Shown: positions 13,261 through 25,377 of the stretch, piece after piece
Layout: the number at the start of each line of letters is the position of its first letter
Position numbering within the stretch: position 1 is the stretch's first letter
Source of the DNA: Octopus sinensis
Taxonomy: Eukaryota
Assembly (NCBI RefSeq): GCF_006345805.1
Contig: NC_043017.1
Span: 7,378,001 to 7,442,000 of the forward strand
Direction: 5' to 3'
Length of the DNA: 64,000 nucleotides
Notes under the pieces: model-generated
The model's input: the letters and a program-made list of their open reading frames with translations, nothing else
Database searches by the model: none
Told to the model about the DNA's origin: nothing
Program-made: the position numbers and the translations under genes

Positions 13261-13963
13261 TCAATCCATATATCTCCATCCCACTCTTCCAAACCCCCTT
13301 CCCCCTCCACCCCACCCCCATCCTCACTGCTTCTTACCCCTGGGGTTGTTGACTTGCAAGCTACATGCCGACCCCCAGTAGCACTGGTGACATGGAAATA
13401 TGCACCCAGTACACACTGTAAAAGTGGTTGACAGGTGTCCAAGGACTTGCATCGAGCTCCCGTATCTCCTTTGGCATAGTTCCGTCCTTCCTTAACATCA
13501 ACTTGATTGCAGTGTGTGTACTGGGTGCTACCTTTTGTGCCACCAACACCAGAGAAATTGCCATGAAGTTCCCCCTCTCCCTCCCTCTCTCATGCACATA
13601 TATTTGTCCAACAATCTCAAAACATTCTCATTTAGCCCATCATTCTACTTCTTGTCACTCAACAACCTCTTTTTGCTTTCTCATTTGAATTGTACTGTTT
13701 GTTTTTATTGTTTCTTTCATTCTTACATTTCCTGATGTTTCAATTTTTCCTTGTCCTTCTTCCTTACTTCCCACTCCATATCCTGTCCCAAAGAAGGACA
13801 ATGTCCACTACACATCCACCAACTTTTTTCTTCTTTTTTGAATGTCATATAAATTGAAAGTGAATTTATCAGTTTTTTTTCCTGTCATTTGTTCTTCACC
13901 ATATATATATATATATTGTCATCGTCGCACACACAAGAGTTACAGAATGGATGGGAAAATTCC

Positions 13964-14029
13964 GGACTGCATCTGTTTCATAGTAAGTGGAACCTCAGAG
14001 GTGGTAAAATCCAGCTACACTTCAGGCCC
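13964..14029 (-). ncRNA. degenerate hammerhead motif in a (TA)n-flanked short element (~13917-14066)
   Basis: Minus strand reads GGGC-CTGAAGT-GTAG...CTAT-GAAA-CAGATG-CA-GTCC. Stems I and II pair, but the core carries substitutions, so it is probably inactive. Confidence 0.4.
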
Positions 14030-14089
14030 AGGATATCTTGATTAGATCCCTGAATCTCACATTTATAATATATATATATATATATATAT

Positions 14090-14490
14090 AAATTGTAGCT
14101 GAGTTACCAGTGTCGGTGGCACGTAAGAGAACCGTCCAAACGTGGCCGTTGCCAGCACCTCCCCAACTGACCTCCGTGCCGGTGGCACGAAAAAACACCA
14201 TCCGATTGTGGCCGTTGCTAGCCTCGTCTGGCTCCTTTGCCGGTGGCACGTAAAAAGCACCATCCGATCGTGGCCGTTTGCCAGCCTCGTCTGGCACCTG
14301 TGCAGGTGGCACATAAAAAGCACCCACTACACTCTCGGAGTGGTTGGCATTAGGAAGGGCATCCAGCTGTAGAAACACTGCCAGATCAGACGAGCCTGGT
14401 GCAGCCTTCTGGCTTCCCAGATCCCCGGTCGGACCGTCCAACCCATGCTAGCATGGAAAACGGACGTTAAACGACGATGATGATGATGAT
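14090..14490 (+). mobile_element. RTE-type 3'UTR/tail copy with tandem GTGCCGGTGGCAC modules
   Basis: Matches 27170-27513 and ends GGACGTTAAACGAC(GAT)n. Confidence 0.85.
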
Positions 14491-15355
14491 ATATATCATC
14501 ATCATCATCATTTAACGTCTGCTTTCCATGCTGGCATGAGTTGGACAATTTGACTGGGCTTCTTTCAGTTTCTGTCTACCAAATCCTCTCACAGGATATT
14601 AGTTGACTTGAGGCTATAGTAGAAGACATTTGCCCAAGGTGCCATGCAGTGGGACTAAACCCGGAACCGTGTGGTTGGGAAGCAAGCTTCTTACCACACA
14701 TTCACACCTGAGCCTACACACACACATACACACACACATGCATGCGCAATGGTCTTCTTTGAGTTCCCATCTGCCAAATCCTTTCAAAAGTCTTTGGTTG
14801 GTGCATGACTCTTCTAGAAGACACTTGCCCAAGGTGACACACTTTGGGACTGAACCCAACACCACATAGCTGGGAAGCAAGCTCCTTAACCTCACAGTCA
14901 CACCTGTGTCTATTAAGGTGTGAATTGAGGAAGTATTACCTGTTATTTCTCTCCGTCTGAGCAATAATATAATGTTTCCCCTTCATTGAATTATGACAAA
15001 AATATCTTTACTGTAAGTGTCACTGGAACTTGTGACCTTGGAAAGCACTCTTCTCACTATAAAACGTCAATGCAATATTTCTCACGCACACACTTACATT
15101 TATTTTGTGGGTTTTTTCCCTTAGCTGTTGTTATAAACAAAAAAGTTTGTGCTGTGTTGGAGCTGCTAGTTTTTGCATTATTTCTTATGGCTACACAGGT
15201 GAGTAAAATTTAGTTAACCCACCTCTCTCCAGATGCTTCCTGCTTGAGTACCACTGCAGGGTACCTATGACGAGTTTCATCTACAATAGGGGTTGATTGA
15301 CCAAACAGGTTGGGAGTGAAATTTTGGTAGGTAGAAACTGTGAGGAAGGCATTGT

Positions 15356-15386
<31 letters not shown>

Positions 15387-18300
15387 CATGTATACACACA
15401 CACACACACACACACACATTATATTTTAGGTTTGAGATTCCAATGAGATGATTGTTTACTTGAAGAAAAACATTGTAGGATATGTGTGAGAGGCCAGATC
15501 TGGTTAAGTTTGAACATAAATCAGGTAGAATCAGACAAGGCTGATTTAAATTGCTAAAAGGTTTAATTGAAGGTTTAGACTATTTTGAAGTTTTAAAAGG
15601 TTATTAGAGAACCCATAATACTCATTTCTGTGATTCTTAAATCTCACTTTGATAAAAATAAAAAAAAATGCCAAAGAGTTGCTTCTTTAGTGCCACTGGT
15701 TGTTTCTTAGTAGTACTTGTATTACCACCAGTTGTGTGATAGAAAAAGCAGTTAGGTAGTACATTTTCAAATACCTTTTCTCCCCCTCTTTTTCATAGTT
15801 TTTTTTTTCAAATTTAGATATTAGGAAGCAGAGAATTAAATTCTACAGGTTCTATAATCTTTTTTAATCTTGAATCAAAAAGTTATGCTTCATATTTTGA
15901 GATATGTAAGTATGTTTTTAACTAACAGAACCAGTTAATAGCACTAAAAAAGCAACTAGTATAGTAAATTAATTATTTCTGGTCATTTGTGTATAAATCT
16001 TCTTTCTTTTTTTTTTCCTGTGAATCTCAGATTTGCTCTTTTCACACTAGTCATTATAAATAACTTTCAATTTGGCTTGGTACAACAGCTTTCAGTTTCA
16101 CATAAAAAAAAAAACTTCCACTTTTGTTTGTTGACTTCGTATCAGGTAAAATTTTATTAATGTCATAAATCATGCATAATTTTTTTCCTTTTCTTTGGAA
16201 GATTTAAAAAGAGGTTATAAAAACCATAAAATTTAAATCTGTTGCTTCCTCATATCTAAATTTTATCAGATACGGCTAAAACGTTCATTTAAAAAAGTTT
16301 ACATCTTAGTGCTTGTATAAGGTTAAGTATCTTTACTAATCTCAAAAATGAAATAAAAATATTTTTGAGATTAAAAAGGTTATATCATCCTTAAAATCTA
16401 ATTCTGTACTTCTTAAAAACTAGACTTGATTTTAAAAAGAGCTTTCAAAATTGCCATTCAAAACCTTGGTTCTTAATGCTTCTTGGATTTTACCACCATC
16501 ACCTGGTTAGTGAATGAAGTCACATGGTCTAGAAGTTGGGACGGAGTTGGATTTGTGATTGTGGAAAGCTGTGTTCTTAAATAAAACACTTCACTATATG
16601 TCGCTCCACTTTACTCTTTATTCCAACGAAATTAGTACCAACAATTAACCTGATGACAGACTGGTGTCCCATTTAAGGGAAGGTTTGTTTTGTTCTCTTT
16701 AGAAAATGGTATAAGCTGTAACCTATAAGTTTGTAGGCTTGAAACAGACATGGCTTCTGGGTAAAGTGAAAGACACTAAAATATAACAAGAAATAATAAA
16801 AAGCAATTTTTGTAGAAAGCTTTTTGAACATTTTCAATCAAACTTTGATATTAGGAAGTATAGAGTTTAATTTGACAAATTCTGTAATAATTTTAATCCC
16901 TTGAAATATTGAAAAGTTCATTTAAAGTGATAATAACATTCTATAATAGTACAGTGCTTTATAGTGATAGCAAAATACCATGGGGGGATGTTTTGGCCTT
17001 CTAAAGAGTGAACAGTGGCTCAGAACTAAATTGTGGAGTGAGGGTTAGGAAGAGAAAAGCAAAAGTTTGTTGGCAAAGTGAACAAATCTGACTGTTCTAT
17101 GATAGGATGCTTCGGAAGAAACCCTGATCTATAGTGTAAGCAATAAGATCACTCTGGAGTTGAGAATATGGTTTTTAAGAATTATATGAGTGAAATGAAA
17201 TTCTTGATTCTAATACAGATATGAGATCAAAAACTTAGTAAGAACAAACTACTGTACTTGATGGCATATAAGATATTCCCACCCCTAGCTAATGTCTCCA
17301 AAAAGTCACCCTGGGTCCTCTGTGTGAAGTTGGGCCTCCTATATGTCCTGTATATGAAGTTGGGCTTCCTGTGAGCTTCAGTTCACTGAAAAAGTATTTT
17401 CCTGAATACATACTTCTGAAATCAGGATGCATGTGTGTGTGTGTGTGTTTATGTCCGTGTGTCTCTTATGTCATCAAATAAGGATATGATTGATTTAATT
17501 AATTCCAATACTCACTGCTATTTTAGTTTAAGAAGCCCAAAATGAAGAAAATAGCCCTTTTCTTTTTGTGTAACTGATTCTGTCATCAACGAGCCTCTTT
17601 TTTTACTGGAATAAATTTGTTGGTGCTACGTATTTTATGTTAACCACTGCCTCAGCTCAACTGAAATCTTATGAATAGAAGCTTGTTGAATGGGCTGTAC
17701 TTGTCATTCAAGATACCTTGGGAAAGTCTTTGCTATTATAGCCTTAGGCTGACCAAAACCTTGTGAGTGTATTTGGTAGACGGAGACTGAAAGAAGTGTG
17801 CTGTGTGTGCATTCGTATGTGTGAGTGTTTTAGAATTTCCTTGATTTGATTAGTCGGATGGTAATTGCAAATGAGCATCACTGTCACATACGTTGTATCC
17901 TTCATCTCCAGTCTTTCAGGAAAACATGTCTTTGTCTCAGAGAAATATTACCTTACTTGGAAACAGGTGAGGGTTGGTGATAGGCCAAAGAAAATTTACC
18001 TCAAGAAATTTCATCTGACCCATGCACACATCAAAAAATGGATGTTGAAATGATAATGGTGTTTCCTGTTAACTTAGATTAAGACTTGCATTAAGTAAGG
18101 GTACACGTGTATGTTGTGAGGTAATACCCAGCTACTTACACATTAATTTATCAAATAGGTAGTTCAATTGATAAAAGAACTGAATTCTCATTGTCAAAAT
18201 CGATCAGTTATTGAGTTCGTTTCTAAGATTTTTTTTCTTCAAGTTTTCTATTTTTAATTTCAACAAAGTTAATACTTGACAGTCGTTGTAGTTCATGCTT

Positions 18301-18396
18301 CTACCGTAAAGGCAGATTTATTCTGCCATCAACTACTGTTGTCTTCCTTGTAATAAATCAAGTTGTTTGTCAGTGCAGTTAAATGCCACCCAGTTG

Positions 18397-18516
18397 TTAG
18401 AGAGCCTCTTTGACATTGCTAGGAGATTGACTTTCGAAACGAACCATTATGACATTGCCACTGGATTTAGAAGGCATCGAGAAATGGCGACGACAGCCGT
18501 GTGCACGACAGGAACG
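18397..18516 (-). other. candidate exon (RSCRAHGCRRHFSMPSKSSGNVIMVRFESQSPSNVKEAL*)
   Basis: Strong polypyrimidine acceptor tttttttccccccag at 18517, followed by 40 codons to TAA, in a repeat-free CpG-retaining segment. No homology recognised. Confidence 0.25.
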
Positions 18517-19179
18517 CTGGGGGGAAAAAAAACAAACCTTTTTTTATTTTTGTTTTGTCTTGATTTTATTTTAGACAAAGTAGTAGCGGAGCCTCAGAAG
18601 GGTCAGAGACTGATATACACTTAGAAACACACGTGAATACATTTTAGGAGACTCTTGATCTCATGGTCAATTCTAATCCTAACCCGTTTCTGGTTCTCTG
18701 CTTCAACAAAAGAATATTTTGGTAACGCACACAGTGTTATTGCGTTAGCGCCTTTTCTATTGTTAGATATTCTCAAAATAGAGGAAGGACGATATTGTAG
18801 TGATTGTGTGTGTGTGTGTGTAAAGAAGCTGGAATTGTAGGCTATGTTAGAAGGAAAGAAAAGTATTGTGTATGATATTATTAGAAGATAAATAAATTAC
18901 AGTATGTTGACACTAAACTATGTGCTTTTAATACTTGTAAGAGATATAGTTATATATATGTTGAAGTACGTATGTGTGTATATATACATTTACATACACA
19001 CATGTACGTACACACACATATACACACAGATTCTCTCTCTCCCTCCTCACATACACACATGATTGGCATAGTCACCTCAAAGCAAGCATGCTTAAAACCA
19101 ACAGTCAAAACATAAATACATATATGCAGTAAAGAAATAAATCGTTATTTAATCTGCTGAATAAATCCGTTTATGATTA

Positions 19180-19244
<65 letters not shown>

Positions 19245-19815
19245 CACGCACAAATGCGCTGGTTCTGTTATATCGCTAACTCGTACAAACCATAACTGTA
19301 GCATCAAGTATACCCAGTTTTCTTTTGCTTTGGTTATTGTGTTTCTTTATAAACAATTTATTTATGAATTTCACTGGTTTCTGTAAATCAGTAGCATTGT
19401 TTCATGTTAAACCAGTCTAACCTCTGCGTAAGAATAGGTGTTGTGGTTGAGAATCTAATGAACCTGTGCAAAAAGGTTTCCTTCTATATAGAGAAACTAG
19501 CAAGCTTGACGGGGAGATGGGTGTGTTTTTGGGAGACGATAAACACGGTTAGCGGTTTGTTTGTAAGGGAGATAACTCTCAGCAACTTTTTTTTTTAGGT
19601 ATTTCGTATATACACACACACATAATAGTTAACGCACTGATAAACACGCAAATATTTGTGTGTCTTCTACGAAATAATATAAACTAATAATAATATTAAT
19701 ACTATTTTTAAATGATAATGAAATTAATACAGTAGTACCACGGTTTACGAACGCCTCTGTTCGCGAATGAATCGTGCTTTATATATATATAATATATATG
19801 TATATATATATATAT

Positions 19816-19845
<30 letters not shown>

Positions 19846-19847
<2 letters not shown>

Positions 19848-20190
19848 TATTATATTAAATTAGAGACAAAACCACTATTAGGCAAATCATACAATGAAAA
19901 ACTTAATCCAATACATAAGATTATTTAATTTATATTATTTAAATATATAACAAAATTATTTAAAAAATATAATTAATATATCACTACGATCGTTTCATGG
20001 CTGTTAATTTCTTTAAATTTTCAAGTCACAGTCATTCATCAGGTGTTTTAAGTTTTTCATTGTATGATTTGCCTAATAGTGGTTTTGTCTCTAATTTAAT
20101 ATAATATAATATTTTACTATAAAATTGGATTCAATCCTAAATCTGATTTTTCCCTGTAAGTTTGGATTTATTCCCTAATATTTATTATTA
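19846..20190 (-). mobile_element. Penelope-like pLTR-derived element with inverted terminus
   Basis: Perfect 61-bp inverted repeat (19846-19906 / 20048-20108) enclosing a hammerhead, inserted in (TA)n. Confidence 0.7.
19982..20045 (-). ncRNA. minimal type-I hammerhead ribozyme motif, canonical core
   Basis: Minus strand reads CAC-CTGATGA-ATGACTGT-(23 nt)-ACAGCCAT-GAAA-CGATCG-TA-GTG. Intact CUGAUGA and GAAA, 7/8-bp stem II, palindromic ACGATCGT helix III, GUA site, 3-bp stem I. Confidence 0.72.
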
Positions 20191-22724
20191 TTATATATAT
20201 ATATATATATATATATAGCTCGATTTATTCGTGATCAGAGATGTTCGTAAACCGGGGTACCACTGTACTTCTGATTTGGAGAGAGTGGTCGATTACACAT
20301 ACCCCGTTGCTCAGCTGATACTTTATTTTATCGATCTCGGAAGGATTACAATCGTCCTCTGCGACATTTGAACTTACAATAGTCTTTTCTACTCTAAGCA
20401 CAAGGCCCGAAATTTTGGGGGAGGGGGCCAGTCGATTAGTTCGACCCCAATATGCGCAACTGGTACTTAATTTATCGACTCCGAAAGGATAAATTTGAAC
20501 TAAGAACGTAAAGACAGACGAAATACCGCTAACGTTTCTGCCAACACGCCACCTATTTTGAACTTATAATAATAAAGGTTCAACTGTAGGCACAAATCCT
20601 GAAAATTTTGAGGAGGGTTCGATTACATCGACCTCAATGTTTTATTGGTACTTATTTTAATAATAATTTTTTTTTTCCGGTAACCTTCCACATTGGTTCA
20701 TAAGTCAGTTGTCTTTTGTATGACTATATTATTTGTGCTTTAGTGGGGTTTTTTAATGCCATTTTAACAAATATTAACGATTTTAAACATTTCATTAGGC
20801 ACAAACATGGCTATGTGGCTAAGAAGCTCGTTTTGCACACATATAGTTTCAGGTTCAGTCCCACTGTGTGGCACCTTGGGCGAGTGTTTCTTGCTGTAAA
20901 CCAAGCCAACCAATGCCTTGTAAGTGAATTTGGTAAATGGAAACTGTGCAGAAGCCCATCTCGAGATAGATAGATAGATAGATAGGTATGTGTGGGTTTG
21001 TGCCTTTGTGTTTATGTTAGGTTTGACCACTAAGTTACAGGGACCAGACCTAAATTAAGTAGTGTGACTGTTTTGTTTGATTAAAGTGATGCCTCCAGCA
21101 TGGTCGCAGGCCAATAACTGAAACAAGTAAAAGATTAAAGGTAAATTTCATCATGATAATCACTCATTTTTACATCCATATTTCTGTGCTGACAAGGGTT
21201 GGTCTGTGTTTTTTTGAAGGAGGGTTTTATAGCTGGACGATACTTCCTGTGGTCAGCTCATTTACTTGCCTTTTACAGCACTGCAGAAGTACAGTGTATC
21301 TGTTCTAAAACCAGAGTGTATATGATACACTGTCATTAACCACTATTAATAATATTATAATAAACACCACTGGAATGAGAGGATTGTGGGATAACTGAGT
21401 TTGCCAGATATGTGATCGTCATTTTTTAAATTACCATAACACCCTACGAAACTCATTAAAACCCTAGAAATATATTTATGTTATTAATATTCTGAATGTA
21501 GTAGAACTAAGAGAAATAGGAAGAAATAAAAGTATAATTTAAGTAAAGAATAGGTGCTGGTAAAGCCATAAAAAAAATATTGTCCTGTGTTTTGGAAAGC
21601 AATGATCCATTTGTTTTAGATACAATAAAAACTTTATTCCTTTTAATGACAGTTAATTAACACAAATTAGCATGACTCTAACTAACAACACATTTTCTTT
21701 CTTTTTTTTTCTGGGTGCCAGTTGCTCAAGCATTCTGATTGAATTCTGAATAAAAGGAAGTTTACAGTATCATGGGTGGGTGGGGGTGCTAAATTGATAG
21801 AGCATCAGACAAAATCTATTTCCAGTGTGGTCCCTTTATATTCTGAGTTTTAAATCTTTCCAGGGGCTAAATTGGGATTTACAAAATAGTGCATGACATA
21901 AGTAATGGCATGACAATCTAATCGATCTTTCTTTAAAAAGATCATTATCAAGCATTTATGTATTTTATTTTAGTTATTTTGTATCAGGACAGGTGTCTCA
22001 ACGGTAATACCCTTACCCACCACCACCACCACCACCATCACCACCAACAACAACAAGAAAATATCTTGCACTTATCTTTGAGATAAAACAGTAAATTAAT
22101 AAGGCAATTTGACGAATGGTATCTCATATCCCGCCTAATCAGGTAAACCACTCCTGAGTCAGGGTGCTACTACCCAGGTTGAGGATCTCTCCTCCCATAC
22201 TGTTGGTCTTCTTGTAGATAGCATCTGGCAGAAAACAGGTACCACCTGCAGCTTCTGCTTTCAGCTCTCCTGATAAAAGAAAGAAATGAATAAGATTAGC
22301 AGTCTTAGTCACTGCAGGTACAGACATGGCTTTGTGATTAGAAGTTTGCTTCTCAACCACATGGTGACATTTTGGGCTAGTATCCTTGACTATAGCTCTA
22401 GGCCCACTGAAACCTCGTGTGTATGGTAGATGGAAACTGGAAAAGGCCTTTTGTATATGCAGGGGGTGGGGGTGTTTGTGTCTCCCTATCTTGATATTGT
22501 GTGTTAGTGGTAAACAAGTGTCATTCATTTCCAGTATTCTGTGAGAACATGGCCTGGCCATGGGAAAATATTACTTTGCTTGGGAATAGGTGAAAGTTGG
22601 TGACAGGAAGGGCATCCAGCCATAGAAAACCTACCTCAGTAAACTACATCTGATCCATGAAGTCATGGAAAAGAGGACATTAAAACAATGACATCAATGC
22701 AAGTTGTGAGTGAAGCAGTTTCTC

Positions 22725-22930
22725 AAAAGGTGCAGCCACGTGGAAGGAAGATTTCAGGAAAATATTATTTCAGAATTTGAAATGAATTTGAAATTTGCCA
22801 GGGATTGTTGAGTGTGGGAGGAGAACAAAGTGTACCGGGTAGTTTTTGTCTGTGTAGTCGGAGGTGCTCACAGAAGTGTCAATCTCGCATAGCTTCTCAT
22901 ATCAACATCAAAAACAGGTATCATAATACT
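22725..22930 (-). pseudogene. highly decayed Penelope-like GIY-YIG endonuclease C-terminal fragment
   Basis: Across frameshifts the minus strand gives HFCEHLRLHRQKLPG / FSSHTQQSLANFKFI / FLPRG, recalling RF-EHLR...HF...HS...F...L.P.GLN of PLE endonucleases. Alignment by eye only. Confidence 0.3.
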
Positions 22931-24124
22931 CATGTTTCTTTTTTATTACTGTTTAATCGTAATCCTTTGTTGTGTTGTGTATTTATGATTGTAAGATAGA
23001 GACGTATATCCTGTGTATAGTTCGGTGTAGAAGTGAATGAAGGAAACAAAGGTCTGGTTCACTGTTTGTGTTGGTATTTTTGAAGCTATTGTGATGGACA
23101 TGTTTGTTGAGACTAAATGGAGTCAGAGAACAATTTGCCAACATATTTATGATGAAAGGCTTTCTGTGATCAGAGACATTCCATCTGTAGCCATCCTGTC
23201 GTTTAGTGGGTTTATGACTAAATTATCCAATGCATTCTTCTTTCTTAAAATTGTTTGATTATAATTTGAGAGGAGGGAGATAGATGAGACTTCTATTTCT
23301 AGCAGGTTGAGTAACCACATTAAGGCTCTTGCAGTTGACTTTGTCACCCTTGTGGTTAGCAGTGTTGGTGTAGGTGGTTTGCATGTGTGAAAAGTCTTAA
23401 CTTTTTACTGTGTGTGTGTGTGTGCACATGCATACACATAGGCACACAAATATAAACATATATTCACACGCCTTTCTTTATACAAAGTGACACACATATT
23501 CATACTTGTCTGTGTGTCTATGTATCTATCCACCTATCTATACACACACACAAAGTATTTTTTAAATACAATGTATAAATACATAAAAAACAACATTAAC
23601 TAAATAAATGGCCCATAAGTTTAATATTTGATCTAAATTGTTGACAGTAACTTTGCAGTTTTACCAGTGGCTTACTAAAACACTTTAAATAAACTATAAC
23701 CAGTGAAACGTCAGAATTGTTATGAACAATTTACAATATACACACCTTCTCTTCAACTTACGACCGCAAAAAGAATAAAATAAAAAAAAAAATCGATTTT
23801 CAGATGTTGGGCAGCCATGTGTACAATAACTATGGCAGCATCTGGCAATGCCAGGCCCCTCCCCTCAGACCCAGGCATCCACTGCCTGCCACTGTTCCTC
23901 ACTCAGTCGCTTTCAAGCATCAGTCGTGCTTGAATGGAAATAAAGTTGGAAAATATAAATCCGACATACGACTGGATTGACTTACAACCTGTCAGTCAGA
24001 ATGGAACTCAGTCATAAGTCGAGGAGAAGGTGTTATATGTCATCGTCGTAGTTGTTGTTGTCATCATCATTATTATTGTTGTATGGGGAATCTGTACACC
24101 CCTCGTGATTGGCTAAGTGAACTA

Positions 24125-24465
24125 GACGGAGAACCCTTCTGTCATGAATGACCATGGGATTGCATCTAGAAAGTTCCCCTCTTCCAAGGCACAAGTCTGG
24201 GCAAGGTTGTTTATGGAAGACCAGCAGTCGCCCATGCATACCAGCCTTCCCTCTCTATGCCACCAATGTCATCCAACGGAAAGGCAAAGGCCAATACAGC
24301 TAGGCACCAGTGATGTCACAACTCATTTCTACAGCTGAGTGAACTGGAAGAACATGAAATAAAGTGTCTTGCTCAAGAACACAACACACAGCCCAGTCCT
24401 GGATTCGAACTCACAACTCCACGGTTGTAAGCTCGATGCTCTAACCACTGAGCTATGCGCCTTCA
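24125..24465 (-). mobile_element. full-length tRNA-derived SINE (family C relative) with 12-bp TSD
   Basis: Minus head GGCGCATAGCTCAGTGGTTAGAGC...GAGTTCGAATCC. CTAAGTGAACTA occurs at 24113-24124 and 24466-24477. Confidence 0.88.
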
Positions 24466-25071
24466 CTAAGTGAACTATACTAGTTAGTATAAATGAGCAT
24501 GCACAGAACAGTCTGATAAGAGTGTCATATGCACAGTCACAGTGTACAGGTCGTAGGAATTATTGAATAGAGATATCGTGGAGTGCTTGTTGAAGATACA
24601 CAGTTGGAGAGTAATAAGAGAACATCGGAAACGTTTGATATTATAACAGTTCAGATATAACAGTGACGACAAGAAGTCATACGTCTTATCAGTTATTATC
24701 ATGTTATGCCTCTCTCTTTTGTTGGCATGGGTTGGATGGTTTGACAGGATCCAATGAGTTATAGTTCATTGTTACGGTTTTGGCATGGTTTCTATGGCTC
24801 AACATCAATCGCTTAACAGAGTGTACTGAGTGCTGTTATTGTGGCACCAGCACTACTGAGGTGGTCTTGCAGCATGCAGTATTGAAGAAGTGCTAAAGGC
24901 TGCATGACTGTCAGGAACAGGAGAGGGTAATGAGTCTGTGTAAGGTAAAATATGATAAGAGGATTAGATTTATTGTTGTGAGGCAGTGGTAGAGGAGAGA
25001 GTAACAAAATAGACAGTATTTGGGGGCTTGAAGAGAGTATGTAAGGAGCAGGAGAAAGAAAGAAAGGACTA

Positions 25072-25377
25072 TCATCATCATCATCGTTTTACGTCCGTTT
25101 TTCATGCTAGCATGGGTTGGACGGTTTGACCAGGGTCTGGGAAGCCAGGAGGTTGCACCAGGCTCCAATCTGATCTGGCACTGTTTCCACAGCTGGATGC
25201 CCTTCCTAACGCCAACCACTCCATGAGTGTAGTGGGTGCTTTTTACATGCCACCGGCACAGGAGCCATAGGAAGCTGGCAAATGGCCACGATTGGTTGGT
25301 GCTTTTACGTGTCACCGACACGGATGCCAGTCAGGCGGTGCTGGCATCAGCCATGTTCGGACAGTGCTTTTTACGTG
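25072..25377 (-). mobile_element. RTE-type 3'-tail copy
   Basis: Reverse complement of the 27230-27513 tail, with a (CAT)n end. Confidence 0.8.

Larger units (their letters stand above)
19730..20265. mobile_element. pogo/Tigger-like (Tc1/mariner superfamily) MITE with nested insert
   Basis: TA|CAGTAGTACCACGGTTTACGAAC ... GTTCGTAAACCGGGGTACCACTG|TA. Imperfect inverted arms of ~50 bp and a TA duplication. Confidence 0.8.

Noticed and set aside
13430-13900. Possible PLE 3' end with a hammerhead remnant (CCAAAGAAGGACAATGTCC near 13788)
   Set aside because: There is no GAAA or helix III, and the protein similarity is too faint to support.
24395-24465. tRNA-like sequence (also at 43480 and 46762)
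   Set aside because: These are SINE heads continuing into repeat bodies, without a proper acceptor stem, so they are not tRNA genes.
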